Shown here: piece by piece, positions 41,771-57,315 of the stretch
Position numbering within the stretch: the stretch's first letter is position 1
How the letters are laid out: each line of letters opens with the position of its first letter
Assembly: GCF_009914755.1 (NCBI RefSeq)
Contig: NC_060936.1
Length of the DNA stretch: 64,000 bases
DNA from: the human T2T-CHM13v2.0 reference genome, Homo sapiens
Strand: one strand, 5' to 3'
Notes under the pieces: model-generated
Seen by the model: the letters and a program-made list of their open reading frames with translations, nothing else
Databases searched by the model: none
Told to the model about the DNA's origin: nothing
Translations under genes and position numbers: made by a program

Positions 41771-43409
41771 ATAGTAATGCTTGAGCCCCACCCCAGACCA
41801 ATTAAATCAGGGTCTCTGGGCGGTGAGGCCTCCGGTGACGCTAATACCCAGCCAGAGGCCGCTGGTGAAATGCTGCAACATTTATTTCGTAACTATTCCT
41901 GACCTCGAATAAGCTCGGCAACCCGGTAGGAGCGGATTTCCTTGCCTGTAGAATGAAAGGTGGAGAAAGTTCATCAACTGACCTCGTCTGAACTTCTACT
42001 GAGGGTGAGGATGGGACAGGCGTGTGTGATAGAGAATGCACAAGGGTTCCTGCCATGGCAAGGTGTTCATCTGTGAAGGCTGTGGTGACCGGGGTTACTG
42101 ACAAATTCAGATGCTTACGAGGAAGAAATCAATTCCAGACAGATCAAAGCCGAGTGTGGAAACCTCCCCATTACCAGAAGCAGCCAGCTCAGCTCCCATG
42201 AAATAGCGAGGAGGGGAGTGCATTCCTTAGGGCCTCTTCCAGTGGCCATGGCCATTTTATCACCTAAGTTTATGGAGGGCGGGAGGGAAGTGATTCGTTT
42301 GCATGAGCACGCAGGGCAGCATCAGAGCTATCTTGGGGGCCAGCACTCTGGGAAGGCTGCCGCAATGAGGATCTCCCCATTTCCCAGCTCTGCTCCCAGC
42401 GCTGATGCTCTCTTGGGCTCCAGGAAGACTCAAGTTACCCAAAGCTCCGGCCCTGACAGCCTGAAGCCTCCCGCCCAGCAGAAAAGACAGGACCCTTTCC
42501 CCAGACATCCCAGAAAAAGCCTCATGGCAGCTGATTGGTTCTAATCTAGTCCCACAACCATCCCTAGATCAATTGCTGTGACCAGGAGAACACTCATGGA
42601 GCCATGTCTAGTCCAACGGCCACATCCTGAGAAGGGGACAGGCCCCTGACAACAGGGGCCGAACCTCATCTTTGGGTTACAGCCATAGGAGATGAGCTTG
42701 AAACCAGAAGGAGCTGCTGATGAAAACATTCTGAGATCCCTTTGATCTTGCTGAGCTTGAAGAGGCTGTGGTTCTCCCGATATCCCACACCCAGGCCCAC
42801 ACATGGCTGGCGTGAAGGACAAATTGGTCTGTCTGTCAGTCACCTTCATGCTTCCTCCCAAGCTGACCCACCCACACCCAGCCTGCCAACAGCTGTAGAG
42901 TCAGGGTGAGGCCGGGAAGCTGTTTGCAAAGGTGTGTGCTGTCAGGCCAGGCTAGGGTGCATCGTGGGCCAGGAGATCAGCAGCAACACAAAGTGGGCAG
43001 GGACATTTCTGTGATGTCCTCTTGAATGTGTTCCCCAGAGGAAGTCCCATCCGTAAAGCCAGATTCAAGAAGTTCTTGTTTTTAAAGCTCAAAGGACCCC
43101 ATCTGGCCTCTGAAAAGTCTTAAAACATCTGAAAGCTTAAAGTGCTGCCTAGTGGTGTCCCTGGAGGCGGACGGTGAGGTGGTGGTAGAGTGTGGCCTGA
43201 CTTCTGTGAGGATCCCTGTGGTGAACCTCTGCAGAGAGGACAGGTGGGCCAGGGAGCAGGCAGAGGGAGAAGTCAGCCTCACCCACGGGACCCAGGACAG
43301 CCACAACCCACCCCACAGAGCATTCTGGAGCTAGAACTATCCCTAGTAGGGTTGAGTTGGGTGGTTCTCTATATTCCCTTATGGATCTGTCCCTGGATCG
43401 TGGAATGTT

Positions 43410-43580
43410 TGTCACTGTTGTTTAATTGTAAGAGCTCTTTATATATTCTGGATATTAATCCTTTCTCAGACATATGACTTTCAAATATTTTCTCCCATTT
43501 TGTGAGTTGTCTTTTCACTGTATTGGCAAGCACCTTTGATGATGCATAAAAGGTTTTAATTTTTACGAAGTCCTTGTTTT
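43410..43580 (-). mobile_element. L1 ORF2 fragment
   Basis: ctctttatatattctggatattaatcctttctcaga...aaatattttctcccatt. Confidence 0.75.
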
Positions 43581-44322
43581 GTTTTGGATGATGCTGTTAC
43601 TCACGTTATTATCACACACGGTACTGCAAGACAGGAAATCAGTGCATCCTCCCAGCCTGTAGCAAAGAAAAAGACCCAAGTCCCAGGCCCAAGCTGATCA
43701 GCATATTCTGTCCCCTATGCACTGTGAGTGGTATGGAGATGGGCAAGGACCCAGTTTGTCCCAGTGAGGTTCAGTCCAGAACTTTTCTTAGAATGACTGG
43801 GGAGAAAGATTTACCTACCTACCTCTGAGGCTAAGAGCAAGTTAGGAACTTCTGGAAGCCATCTGGTCACCATGAGAGGAGGGCGTAATAGAGAGAGGAA
43901 GGCAGGGAGAGAGAAGGTGTGCATGTGAGTGTGTGATTGATTGATTATGTGCATTGGTAATCGATAACCTACCCATGCCGCCTTACCCCAACTTGAGTTG
44001 TGCTTTCTTTCTTCTTTCACTTGCAACAAAAAGAGCTGGATGGATACAGAAGTTACTTTGGAAGTCTTTTAGTGCCCGCTCTATTGAACAGAAGAGGGAA
44101 CTGAGGCCCAGGGAGGGGAGCCCCAATATCTGATACATTTCATCAGGAACTATTAAAGGTCTCTTGCAAGAAGCACATCTGTTCAAATATTTGCATGGGC
44201 CTTCCTTGTGAGACAAAATCTTTGTTTTGATTTTGCTCTCACCTCCTGTGCTAGGAGAAGGGACACCTTGGGATTCCTTGTTCTCAAAAAAGAAAACTAA
44301 GGAAGAAATCACAGAGGGCCCC

Positions 44323-44671
44323 TGATATGGTTTGGCTGTGTCCCCACCCAAATCTCACTTTGAATTGTAAAAATCCCCATGTGTCAAGGGCAGGACCAGG
44401 TGGAGATAAGTGAATCATGGGGGTGGTTTCCCCCATACTGTTCTCGTGGTAGTGAATAAGTCTCAGATCTGATGGTTCTATGGGAGTTCCCCTGCACAAG
44501 CTCTCTTGCCTGCTGCCATGTAAGATGTGACTTTGCTCCTCATTCGTCTTCTGCCATGATTGTGAGGCCTCCCCAGCCATGTGGAACTGTGAGCCCATTA
44601 AACGTTTTTTCTTTATAAATTACCCAGTCTCGAGTATGTCTTTATGAGCAGTGTGAGACCAGCCTAATACA
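44323..44671 (+). mobile_element. THE1 (THE1C-like) solo LTR with 5-bp TSD GCCCC
   Basis: tgatatggtttggctgtgtccccacccaaatctc...ctaataca; GCCCC at 44318-44322 and 44672-44676. Confidence 0.92.
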
Positions 44672-45767
44672 GCCCCCAAGTCAGTAAGGGAACCAGGTTC
44701 TATATAAAAGACCAAACAAAATTCATACCTGAAACTTACCTTGAAACAATTTTCAGAGTTCAGAGAAATAAAACAAGGTTTACACATTTTTGGACAAATT
44801 TATATGGGGTAGAAAGTGAAAGATTTCTTCCCACACTAACACATTTCTTTATATCCCTGCAGAATTTTTCCTTTGTTTATTTAAATAAAAGTCAACATAA
44901 TATGCATATTTTTCTGCAACTTGCTTTAAAAGTTAACAATATACTGTGACTGTTTTTCCAGGGCAGAATATGCCAAATCAACTACATTCTTTTTAATAGA
45001 TCCATGTTTCAATTTCATTCAGTGAACACCAAGGTTGTTTTGATTTTTGTTATTACAAACTACTCTGCCCATACATCCTTAGGCATAGAAAGCTGTAAAT
45101 CTGGGGTTAGGTACAGAATCACTTCCAAAAGTAAGAGGTCTAGACAGAAGTTTATTGTCCTGATTGCAGACTCTCTCTTGTGCTGTTGAGTGACCTGTGT
45201 GGGCATCTCTCAATATATTTATTGTTTGGGTGTTTTTGATATCTGCTAAAATATGTCTTCCTCATAATACTTCCTATTTGAACATATTTTTAGCTATTCT
45301 CTTGCATTTTTCTCTTCAAGTAACCTTTAATAAATATGACATGTTAATAAATGCTTCATTAAAATATTGATTGGATATACCCTAAATTTATTAATTTACG
45401 ACTTCACGCTATTGAGTTTTCTTTTATCCTTTTCAGTATAGTCTTATAATTTCATTCAGAGAGAGATCAAATACATGGGTAAGAATTTTATTTCTTCTTT
45501 TCACTGTTTTTAACTATTACTTTCTTCCTTACCTCATTGAATTAACTAGCAAGCCCAGAACAATGTTGAAAAACCCTGGTACCAGCAGATAGCACTGCCT
45601 TTCATGTTTCACCAATTTATCTAATGTTTACTAGTTATTGTTATATATCTTTTACCGTTAGAACTTCCTTCTGTCAATAGCCAAGGGAAAGCAGTAATAA
45701 TTATCAAGTTTCCTCAGAATTTTTCCCATTTAATGATTGAATCATAATTTTTATCCTTCAACCTATT

Positions 45768-46262
45768 GTAGTAGTTAGCCTTCAATAAAATGCCCAATAA
45801 TTCTCAAATCCTGGCATTCACACACCATGAAGTCCCCTCCCTCATCGTATAGGGCTGACCTGTGTAATCAATAGACGATGTGGAATAACAGAGTGTGAAT
45901 TCCAGAGCTAGGCCATAAAATATCTCGAATTACTTGCTATGGGAGAATCAGCTGCCATGTTGTGAGGATGCTCAAAGAGTCCTAAAAGGTCCACATGGCC
46001 AGGAACTGAGGCCTCCAGCCAACAGCCATGGGTGCCTTCCAAGGCTGCCATCTTGGAAGCCAGTCTTCTGCCCCATTTAAGCCTTCAGATGACTGCAGCC
46101 CCATCAACTTCTTGACTGCAACTTCTTGAAAGGCACTCTAAGCTACAGCCACCTAAGTTGCTCTGGGTACATAACGGAAACTGTGATTAAATACATATCT
46201 ATTGTGTTAAGCTGCTAAGGTTTGAGGTGATTTGTTATGCAATGGTAGATAACTAATGCACA
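45768..46262 (+). mobile_element. MLT1F-like solo LTR
   Basis: agctgccatgttgtgagg...ggaactgaggcctccagccaacagcc...gccttcagatgactgcagcc...gataactaatgca. Confidence 0.8.
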
Positions 46263-46569
46263 TACTAATTGATTTTTAAAAGTTTTCCGATGTTATTTCA
46301 TCCTTTTATTATTGGAAGAAAAATAGTTTAGTCATGGTATATTATTCTTTAATACACCGATGGATTCAATTTGTTGATAGTAAATTTTGAGTTTTATTAT
46401 TCTTATTTGCAAAAGTGATTAAACTCAATCTGTATTTCTTAACCTGTTTGTCAAGAACCGTAATTCTGGAAGTTTAATTGGAGCTCTGACAAAGGCAATT
46501 CTATTAAACCACTCTGGGAAGCATCTGTGTAATGAATGCCCCTCTTGGAGATTTACAATGCTCGTTAGT

Positions 46570-46725
46570 GCAGTGTTTTTACCACCTGAATCCAAATTAC
46601 CTAGGTATCTGTTAAATTCAGATATTCAGGCTTTATTCAATAAAAATCTGTGATTTGGGTTTGGAAACCTGCATTTTAACAAGCTTTACCAGGGATTCTT
46701 ACGCACACAAAAGTTTTAAAACTGT
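46570..46725. mobile_element. MER5-type relic
   Basis: ctgcattttaacaagctttaccagggattcttacgcacacaaaagttttaaaactg. Confidence 0.6.
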
Positions 46726-46879
46726 ATCTTAATATATTAAAGGTTCTGGGAAGTTCAACAGTTGAAAAAACAAACCCTTAATGGTAAACAAGTTCATTTA
46801 TGAGGGAAGGGTTTTTTCTCCATTTGTTAGATACATTTCTAAAAATATTAGTTTGGGTTTATAGTTGTATGTTTTAAAT

Positions 46880-47520
46880 ATACATATAATACTGTTAATT
46901 AGATTTTGGTGTCAGAATTTTATCAGTCTTGTAGAATATACTAGAAAATTTTCTGTGTTTTTTTCTAGGCTTCAGGATAGTTTAAATCATAGACGATTTA
47001 TCTGTTCCTAGAGGGTCGGATGGTAAATTTTTGACATCCTTCTCATTTTTAAATAATTATTATCCAGATTTTCTACTTCTTTATTTAACTCTGGTAATTA
47101 TTCCTTTCATCCAGATAAGGATTCATTCATACCTTCATACCTCTTGGTATGAGGGTATACATGGCATTCTCTAAGTTTTATAAATCTCTGCCATATCACT
47201 AAGTATTTTGTCTTATTTCTATCATGAACAATTTAGTTTTTCTCTCTCTCTTGTTCTCACTCTTGCTCTCGCTCAAGTTTGCCAAGAGATTTATCTATCT
47301 TAATCTATTCAAAGCTATGGTTCTTTACTTTATCAATTCTGTTTTTTATTCCTTAATTTTTTTCTATACAACTAATTTGTTTTCCATTTCACCTATTTTA
47401 TTCATTAATTTCTTATTTTTTCTTAGCTTCTTCAGTTAAATATTTAATTCATTTGTTTTTAGCCACTTTATTAATAATAAGAGGATGTTCAGTCCAGGAA
47501 TTTTCCCCTGATTACAGGTT
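46880..47520 (-). mobile_element. Old L1M fragments
   Basis: T-rich antisense L1 (tttgccaagagatttatctatcttaat...). Confidence 0.5.
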
Positions 47521-48244
47521 GGGCCACATTCTGGTTTTTGTTGTTATTGCTATTGCTTGTTTTTTTTTTTTTTAACCTTCATCTTAAAGTTTAAATATGT
47601 GTGAAATACACACATAATTAAGAGTATCCAGTGCTTATAATTTAAGAAGCATCCCTTTTCCTCTCTCATACGGCCCCACGACTCCATGTTTGCTTTCCCA
47701 GGAGAAAGCATGCTGGATTGTTGCAGCTCTCTCTGGTCCATTTCCATTTTAAAAAGGTGTTTTCAGCATTACATCATGATATAGTATTAGTTTTAGACAT
47801 TATCTGTTGACTGCCTGTTAGAAGAAACTATAGTCTCTTTTGTATGTGGCCCCTGCCTCCTTCCCTGCCACTCTCCCAGTATGAGTGAGATCATTTTTCT
47901 GAGATTATTTCTATAGCTCGATCACTTCTCAGGGCTTGTATTTGGAACATCTTATCTTGCCCAGTTTTTCCTGTGAATGTGGAAGAAACACTTGCCAATG
48001 AACCTGGCTGGACCCAGGCTCTTCTCTCCTTGAATAGCGGCAATAACCACAAGTCTTCAGCTTGACCTCTCAAGTCCACAGCGGCGGCCCGGGGTAGTCC
48101 ATCAGGGGCTACCTAGGGTGGCTACAGATTTGGCTAGAGCCTTACCTAATACCTGAGAAAGTTGGCTTAGAGCTTCTCGTTTGGAAGAACTCATAGTTTT
48201 TGTCTCGCACTTTGTTTTTTTTTTTTTTTTAATTCTTGAGTTTA

Positions 48245-48969
48245 TTTTTTCATTTTACTTTAAGTTCTGGGATACATGTGCAGAATGCGCATGTTTGTTA
48301 CATAGGTATACATGTGCCATGATGATTTGCTGCACCCATCAACCTGTCATCTAGGTTTCAAGCCCTGCCTGTATTTAGTATTTGTCCTAATGCTCTCCCT
48401 CCCCTTGCCCCCCACCCGCCGACAGGCCCCAGTGTGTGACGTTCCCTCTCTGTGTCCATGTGTTCTCATTGTTCAACTCTTACTTATGAGTGAGAACATG
48501 CGGTGTTTGGTTTTCTGTCCTTGTGATAGTTTGCTGAGAATGATGGCTTCCAGCTTCATCCATATCCCTGCAAAGGACATTAACTCATTCTTTTTTACGG
48601 CTGCATAGTATTCCATGGTGTATATGTACCACATTTTCTTTCTCCAGTCTATCATTGATGGGCATTTGGGTTGGTTCCAAGTCTTTGCTATTGTAAATAG
48701 TGCTCCAATAAACATGCGTGTGCATACCACAATGAGATACCATCTCGTGCTGGTTAGAATGGAGATTATTAAAAAGTCAGGAAACAACAGATGCTGGTGA
48801 GGCTGTGGAGAAATAGGAACACTTTTACACTACTGGTGGGAGTGTAAATTAGTTCAACCATTGTGGAAGACAGTTTGGCGATTCCTCAAGGATCTAGAAC
48901 CAGAAATACCATTTTACCTAGCAATCCCATTACTGGGTATATGCCCAAAGGATTATAAATCATTCTACT
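48245..48969 (-). mobile_element. L1PA (L1PA7/8-like) with 5' inversion
   Basis: Antisense 3' segment 48245-48725 joined to a sense-oriented upstream segment 48726-48969. Confidence 0.9.
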
Positions 48970-48999
48970 TTGTTATATTTTTATTTATTGTGGAATATT

Positions 49000-49304
<305 letters not shown>

Positions 49305-49309
49305 TATTA

Positions 49310-50160
49310 TGGAATATTTTAACTTACACAAGTGAATATAGTAGTATAATGAACTCCCAGCTTCAGAGAGAGCGAGAGAGAATAGTGAGTCACTTAGCTT
49401 TAAGACTGTCAGTTCACAGCCAATCTGACTTCATCTATACCTCTATCCACTTTCCCACTCCTCTATTATCTTGAAGCAAATCCTAGAAATCATATTTTAT
49501 TCATAAATATTTCAGTATGTTTCTCTAACAGATAAGGACACTTTCTTTAATATAACCATGATGCCATTATCCTAAAATAGTAATTCCTTAATATCAACAA
49601 AAATCCACTCAGTATTCAAATTTCCGGTTGTCTTCTAAAAGTCATATGGGGTCAAACCAAGTCTCTTTGATTTTAGGTTCTACTTGTCGGTTTGAACCAG
49701 GCGCTGAACAGCTCCACACCTGCTGACTGGCTGTACTATCTTTTGTTTTCATCTCTGGAGTTCCCAGCCATTTTTTTTTTTTCAACATTTGTGGAAGAAA
49801 CCAGTTTCTTTTGTCCTGTTTCCTAGTTTCGATTTTGCTAATCATGTCCTTGTGGGGCGTTGTGTAATATTTTTCTCTGTCTTCTGTGTTTTTTTGTGGA
49901 TTGGAAGCTGGAGCAGTGGGGTTCATGAAACTCGATTTTTTTAAACAGGAAATCTATCTACGTGAGGTGTTGTCTTACAAGGAGGCATACAATGCTTGAT
50001 TGTCTTTCATTTTGTTATGTTAACAGACCTGTGTTCAATGCCTGGATCCATTATTTTAAGAAGGCTTGCCAAATGTTAATGCTCCGTTCTCTTGTTTCCT
50101 CATCCATTCAGTGGAATAACTCCACAAAGAGAAGCTTCCTCCCAAATACTATTTAGTAAT
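49310..50160 (-). mobile_element. Old L1MC/ME 3' fragments
   Basis: ttgaagcaaatcctaga...aaatatttcagtatgtttctctaa...aataattccttaatatca-like sequence. Confidence 0.55.
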
Positions 50161-50359
50161 TGTGTGGCAATATTTTAAGTCTTTTTCTTTCATTAACATA
50201 CATCAACAACAAATATAAGATTTGCTATGTATAACTCCATGTGTGTATATGGAAACTGAGGACTCTGAGTTGTCAAAGACTCCTAGAGCTGCCTAAGGAG
50301 TTTCATCAATAGATCTCTCACTGTTGTTGGTCAGCAGCTTGGAGACAGTTCCTTGACAG

Positions 50360-50765
50360 TGCCTGGCTGTCTAGAAGAGAACAGTCCACTCCCCATTCTC
50401 ACTGGAGCTTGGTGTATCTGTGTGACTATGTTCCGGTCATTGAGATAAAAGTGGAAAACATGAGGCTGCTTTCATGAAGCTGTCTTAGAAGGCAGCTTTG
50501 CTGGCTCCTGACCTCCTCTTCCTTGCCTCTTCCTCGTGCTTGGAATACATGGAATGCAGAAGAGAGGGCTGGAGGTCCTGCAGCCTTCTTGGACTAGGAA
50601 GTCAAGCTCCACACCCTAGAAATAGCAAACATGAAAGCCACAAAGTCCACGGATCCCTGAAACTCTCCACATGCCATATTAACCTGAGCTGCCCACCTGC
50701 AGGTTGCTTTCACGTGAGAGGGAAATAGATTGCTATCTTCTGTAAGATACTGTATTGGGGATAAG
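50360..50765 (+). mobile_element. Old MLT1-class LTR
   Basis: tgtgtgactatgttccggtcattgagataaaagtggaa...cacgtgagagggaaataga. Confidence 0.5.
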
Positions 50766-52599
50766 GAGGTTCTATTAATCTTGATGAGTGGAGTTGTCCA
50801 GCTCCCGCATCCTCCCAGGTGAAGCAGCTCTTCTCTTCACTCTGCAAACCTTGAAGACCTGCTTGGAGAAGGGCTGGGGGGAGCATGGGTCATATTCTCC
50901 TTTGGCACTCCCTCCACTGGCTCCAGCTCAATAACCTTTAATTCGGATGACACATGACCCCACTCAGCTACTCCAGTCCTGAAGTAGAGTTAAATGGGAA
51001 GTTATGTGCTCCAGATACAACTCTGGTCTTATCTCCTACCTCTTTAAAGCATCTGTGGAGGCACAGACGCCAGCAGCAATGGCCTCCCTCCCGCAGGATT
51101 CTGTCATCTCCTGTTTCCAGGCACCTGGAATCTTATGGGGCTTTTTAACTTCCAATCATAAAACAGCTTTCTCTGTCATCCAAGGCATGCATGGGCCATC
51201 TCAGCCCTTTGATCCCCTCTCTCCCTAACAATGCTCACCCCCTTGGACTGTGTTTCTCCAACATGTCTGGTTCTGCCAGCACACATGCTAAAAAAGGACA
51301 AATGTGGTTTCTTCTCTGTTATGATCATCTTGTCTGGAGAATTTGCCAGAATTCATGGAGTTGCATAAAGGTGCTAAGTGGAAAAATGGACTGTATTTAA
51401 GCTCAATTGTTTTGAGCTATGAAAATGCAAAGATGTGCCTCCACCTTGCTTCTTGCAGATTTTATCTAAGGGTCTAGAAATCTACAATAAGACATAAATG
51501 CCATCTACCCTCTCTGAGACTTTTGAGTCCATAAAGCAAATCATCACCCTCTAATTAAGACCTGCTTGTGTTTTCTGATTAACAGTTAAGGGGGTTATTT
51601 TTGATATTTCATGTGGGAGCTTCACATGTGTGTGTCGACCAATATCTCAGATCAATGTGTGCGTTCACAGAGCTTTGTGTAGTGCTGTGCATCGTGCTCC
51701 TAATCCCACTTTTAGTAAATAAAAAAGAAGTGAGGTGGTAGAGATAGCAAGTGCACACATAGGGGCAGAAGGAATTGGTGTGAGACTAAGCATGATCTAA
51801 TCTAATCAGAGACTCAAATTTATGAGACTCATTACGAGACTATGACACACATGTGCTTATTTCCACTTTACAAATGCGGAAACTGAGCTAGCGAGTGATG
51901 CAAACAAAATTCTAATTCCAGCCTTGTCTACTTCCAAAACCCGTGTTCTTCCCCTGCACTGCTCCCCTGCTGTTGATTTGAGCCTGGTGGTGAACCTCGG
52001 CTGCTACCAAATTTATCAGTGGGAGGTCCTTGTAGGAGAGCATCTGGAAGGAAGAGGGCGTAGGAGACCTATCTTGAGGTTGTGTTTGCACGGGAAGAAA
52101 GCTCATTGCTCTCGTGGAGTGGGGAGGCTGGAGATAATAAGGGGGCTAAATAAAGCTCCTTAATGTAGGACTCCAATCCCAGCAAAGGAATATGACAGAA
52201 CCAAAAAGCAAAACCAGGCAACTCATGTAGGAAGGTGGTCCCCGCTGGCTCCCCTTCCAATTTCAGGAGCACTGTAGAGGCTACGGGGTTGCATTTCGTA
52301 TTCTCTTCCTTTACTGATGACAAGTTGATACATGAAACCACAGGGAAGTTGTTGAATCATCTGAATGACATTTTTCTCCCTGACTTAATATATTCTTCAG
52401 TTAAAAGAACGCTCTGAAGAGGTTTTGTCCCCCGGGGTTCCATCCTTGGCTCCCGGATCTCATTCCACAGCCCCACCCAAGACTTCCCCCGAGCTTTGGG
52501 CTCATTTATCCAAGTGTCTGCCGGGCTGCCACCTGGATGTCCTGCAGGCACTGCCGCTCAGCAAGTCTGACTCTGAGCCCCTTTTCCTCCCACAGGGGC

Positions 52600-52702
52600 A
52601 TCTTCAAGGCTGGCCCCTCTGTCTGCCCCATGCACCTGGGCTACGACCCCAGATCTTCGAGGCTGGCCCCTCTGTCTGCCCCACACACCTGGGCTACAAC
52701 CC
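52600..52702. repeat. Tandem duplication, 53-bp unit x2
   Basis: atcttc(a/g)aggctggcccctctgtctgcccca..cacctgggctac occurs twice. Confidence 0.9.
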
Positions 52703-52869
52703 TGGAGCCTTGACCCCCTCCCTCTTCTTTATCCTCCCTCACTCAAATCACCAAACCCTCCACCCCAGGCTGGGGCAGTCACTCTTCGTGCACACATATC
52801 TATCAATCTATCAATCAATCAATCAATAGATAGGCATATGTATCAATTGCCGAGTGACCACATAATATC

Positions 52870-55010
<2,141 letters not shown>

Positions 55011-55014
55011 ATGA

Positions 55015-55865
55015 CCCACAAGCGACTGAAACATGCAGTTAGAAGGAAGAAGTTCTCGCGTTTGAGGGCAGAGGAAGGCAACTAGAGTTAACAACAATGC
55101 GTGGCATATTTCTTTTTTTTTTTTTTTGTACTTTAAGTTCTAGGGTACATGTGCACAACGTGCAGGTTTGTTACATTTGTATACATGTGCCATGTTGGTG
55201 TGCTGCACCCATTAACTGGTCATTTGCATTAGGTATATCTCCTAATGCTATCCCTCCCCCCTCCCCCCGCCCCACGACAGTCCCTGGTGTGTGACGTTCC
55301 ACACCCTGTGTCCAAGTGTTCTCATTGTTCAATTCCCACCTATGAGTGAGAACGTTTGGTTTTTTGTCCCTGTGATAGTTTGCTGAGAATGATGGTTTCC
55401 AGCTTCATCCATGTCCCTACAAAGGACATGAACTCATCCTTTTTTATGGCTGCATAGTATTCCATGGTGTATATGTGCCACATTTTCTTAATCCAGTCTA
55501 TCATTGATGGGCATTTGGGTTGGCTCCAAGTCTTTGCTATTGTGAATAGTGCCACAATAAACATACGTGTGCATGTGCCTTTATAGTAGCATGATTTATA
55601 ATCCTTTGGGTGTATACCCAGTAATGGGATGGCTGGGTCAAATGGTATTTCTGGTTCTAGATCCTTGAGGAATAGCCAGTGTGTGGGATATTTCAAAATA
55701 ACTACAAGAAAGGGCTTCAGATGTTCCCAACACATAGGAATGGTAAACACTGGGCCGATGGACGCCCCAAGTACCCTGGCTTGATTATTACACCTTCTAT
55801 GTATGTAACCGAGTATCACATGGTCAGATAAATATGTATGAATATTAGGTATCAATTTTAAAAAC
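55015..55865 (+). mobile_element. L1MA-type 3' end split by L1PA
   Basis: gttaacaacaatg...atatttc|aaaataactacaagaa...gttcccaacac...ttgattattacac...gtatcaatt. Confidence 0.75.
55113..55678 (-). mobile_element. 5'-truncated L1PA (L1PA4/5-like) with degenerate 16-bp TSD
   Basis: Antisense L1 3' end encoding the ORF2 C-terminus (...KDLEPEIPFDPAIPLLGI...); TSD atgcgtggcatatttc / gtgtgtgggatatttc. Confidence 0.95.
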
Positions 55866-57039
55866 TAACGAAAAGCAGAAGAAAAAAGTGATCATTGGAT
55901 TGGAAGTAACCAGCATCCTACAGAGAGCTGGACGTGATGGGTGGCGGCGGAGCCAGACGAAGAGGCTGGAGGAGCGGACGGAGGGTGTGGGTGTGAGGAG
56001 GTGAGGCTGAGCTTGCACGGGCTGTGCTGTGGAGAAAAGCCTGGCACAGGCAGGGGTGACAGGTGGTGTGCAAGACAGAAGAAGGTCTATGACTCAGTAG
56101 AGTAGATGAGGCAAGTCAGCGTGTTGAAGAAATGACCCACTGGAGGAGAGATTGATTTTTCCGGAAAATGAAGGGTCAACAGAAGCACAGCCGTTGAGTG
56201 GTGGAGGGCAGAGGTTTCCAGAAAATAGGAGGAGGACCTGGCTGTCGACTGCAGGAAGGAGCATTCTCTCCATCAATGCAGGAAGAAGTGAGATGGGTGC
56301 AGATACCAGAAAGACCATAGATTTGGTGGTGGCGGATTGAGGTGTTTACTTTTGCAAGGAGCCGTGAGGGCCAGTGCTCCAAGCACCATTCTTAGAAAGG
56401 CACTGGAGGCAGCCTCTTATCTCCATAACCACTCGTGGAAGCTTTCAGTCAACTCAGGGACCGCCTGGCATTTTCCAAAGGCCACCAGGATGCGTGGCTC
56501 AGGCAAGAACCACAGAGTCTGTCTCCTGGACGTGATCAGCACTGGGTGGGCCAGGAGAGCTGAGGCTTTCACTGGAATTCAGAGAGAAGGGAGAACACCA
56601 TCAGGAATTGAGGACTGGAGTGGAGATGCAGGCAGGGGCTGGCCCACGGCAGGGACACAGGAGGGGGATTCTATGGGTAGAGTGTGCATGGGTTTCATGC
56701 TACATCCAGCTCGGAGCATCAGGCCGCCCTGGGAATGATGCTGCCTGTAGCCAGAATCTACAACACGGATCACAGCTCATGCATGTGCCCCATGGTTCCC
56801 TGGTTAATGTCAAACACAGCCCCCCTTACCGGAGCCCAGGCTCCTGTAGGATCTGATCTTTGTGGGTGGTAGAGGTGACCAGCCATCGCATTGGCTCAAG
56901 ACAGGGGTTTCCTGAACTCAGGACAGGAGCCGACAGAAGCTGGAGCACCACCCCCCACCCCACCCCCGACCACCCCAAGACCTTCATGCTCTCTACGCTG
57001 AGGCTCGGATGCTGGGCTTCCGGTGTGTTTCTAGAACGT

Positions 57040-57315
57040 TCCAGCCTCGGGGCTTTCACTCTTGTCCCCACCTTTGTCTAGAATACTCTGCCCAGCTCTC
57101 CACGTGGTTTCCAACTCTTGCCATCCAGGCCTCAGTTCCAACGTGGCCTCCTCTAGGAAGCCTGCCAGGAATACCCCCTCTGAACAACCCACATCCCGCC
57201 CTCTCGCCCTGGTGTACTACTGGGAACAACTTTATCTGGGAGTTTGTTTACTTATTCAATGTCTTTGTTTAGGAGGCAAGCTCTTTGAATATTCATTCCA
57301 TAAATGAATGAATGA
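57040..57315 (+). mobile_element. L2 3' end
   Basis: ttgtccccacctttgtctagaatactct...cctcctctaggaagcct...aaatgaatgaatga. Confidence 0.6.

Noticed and set aside
55340-55855. 171-aa ORF with L1 ORF2 similarity
   Set aside because: C-terminal remnant of a truncated L1PA fused to antisense L1MA; not a gene.
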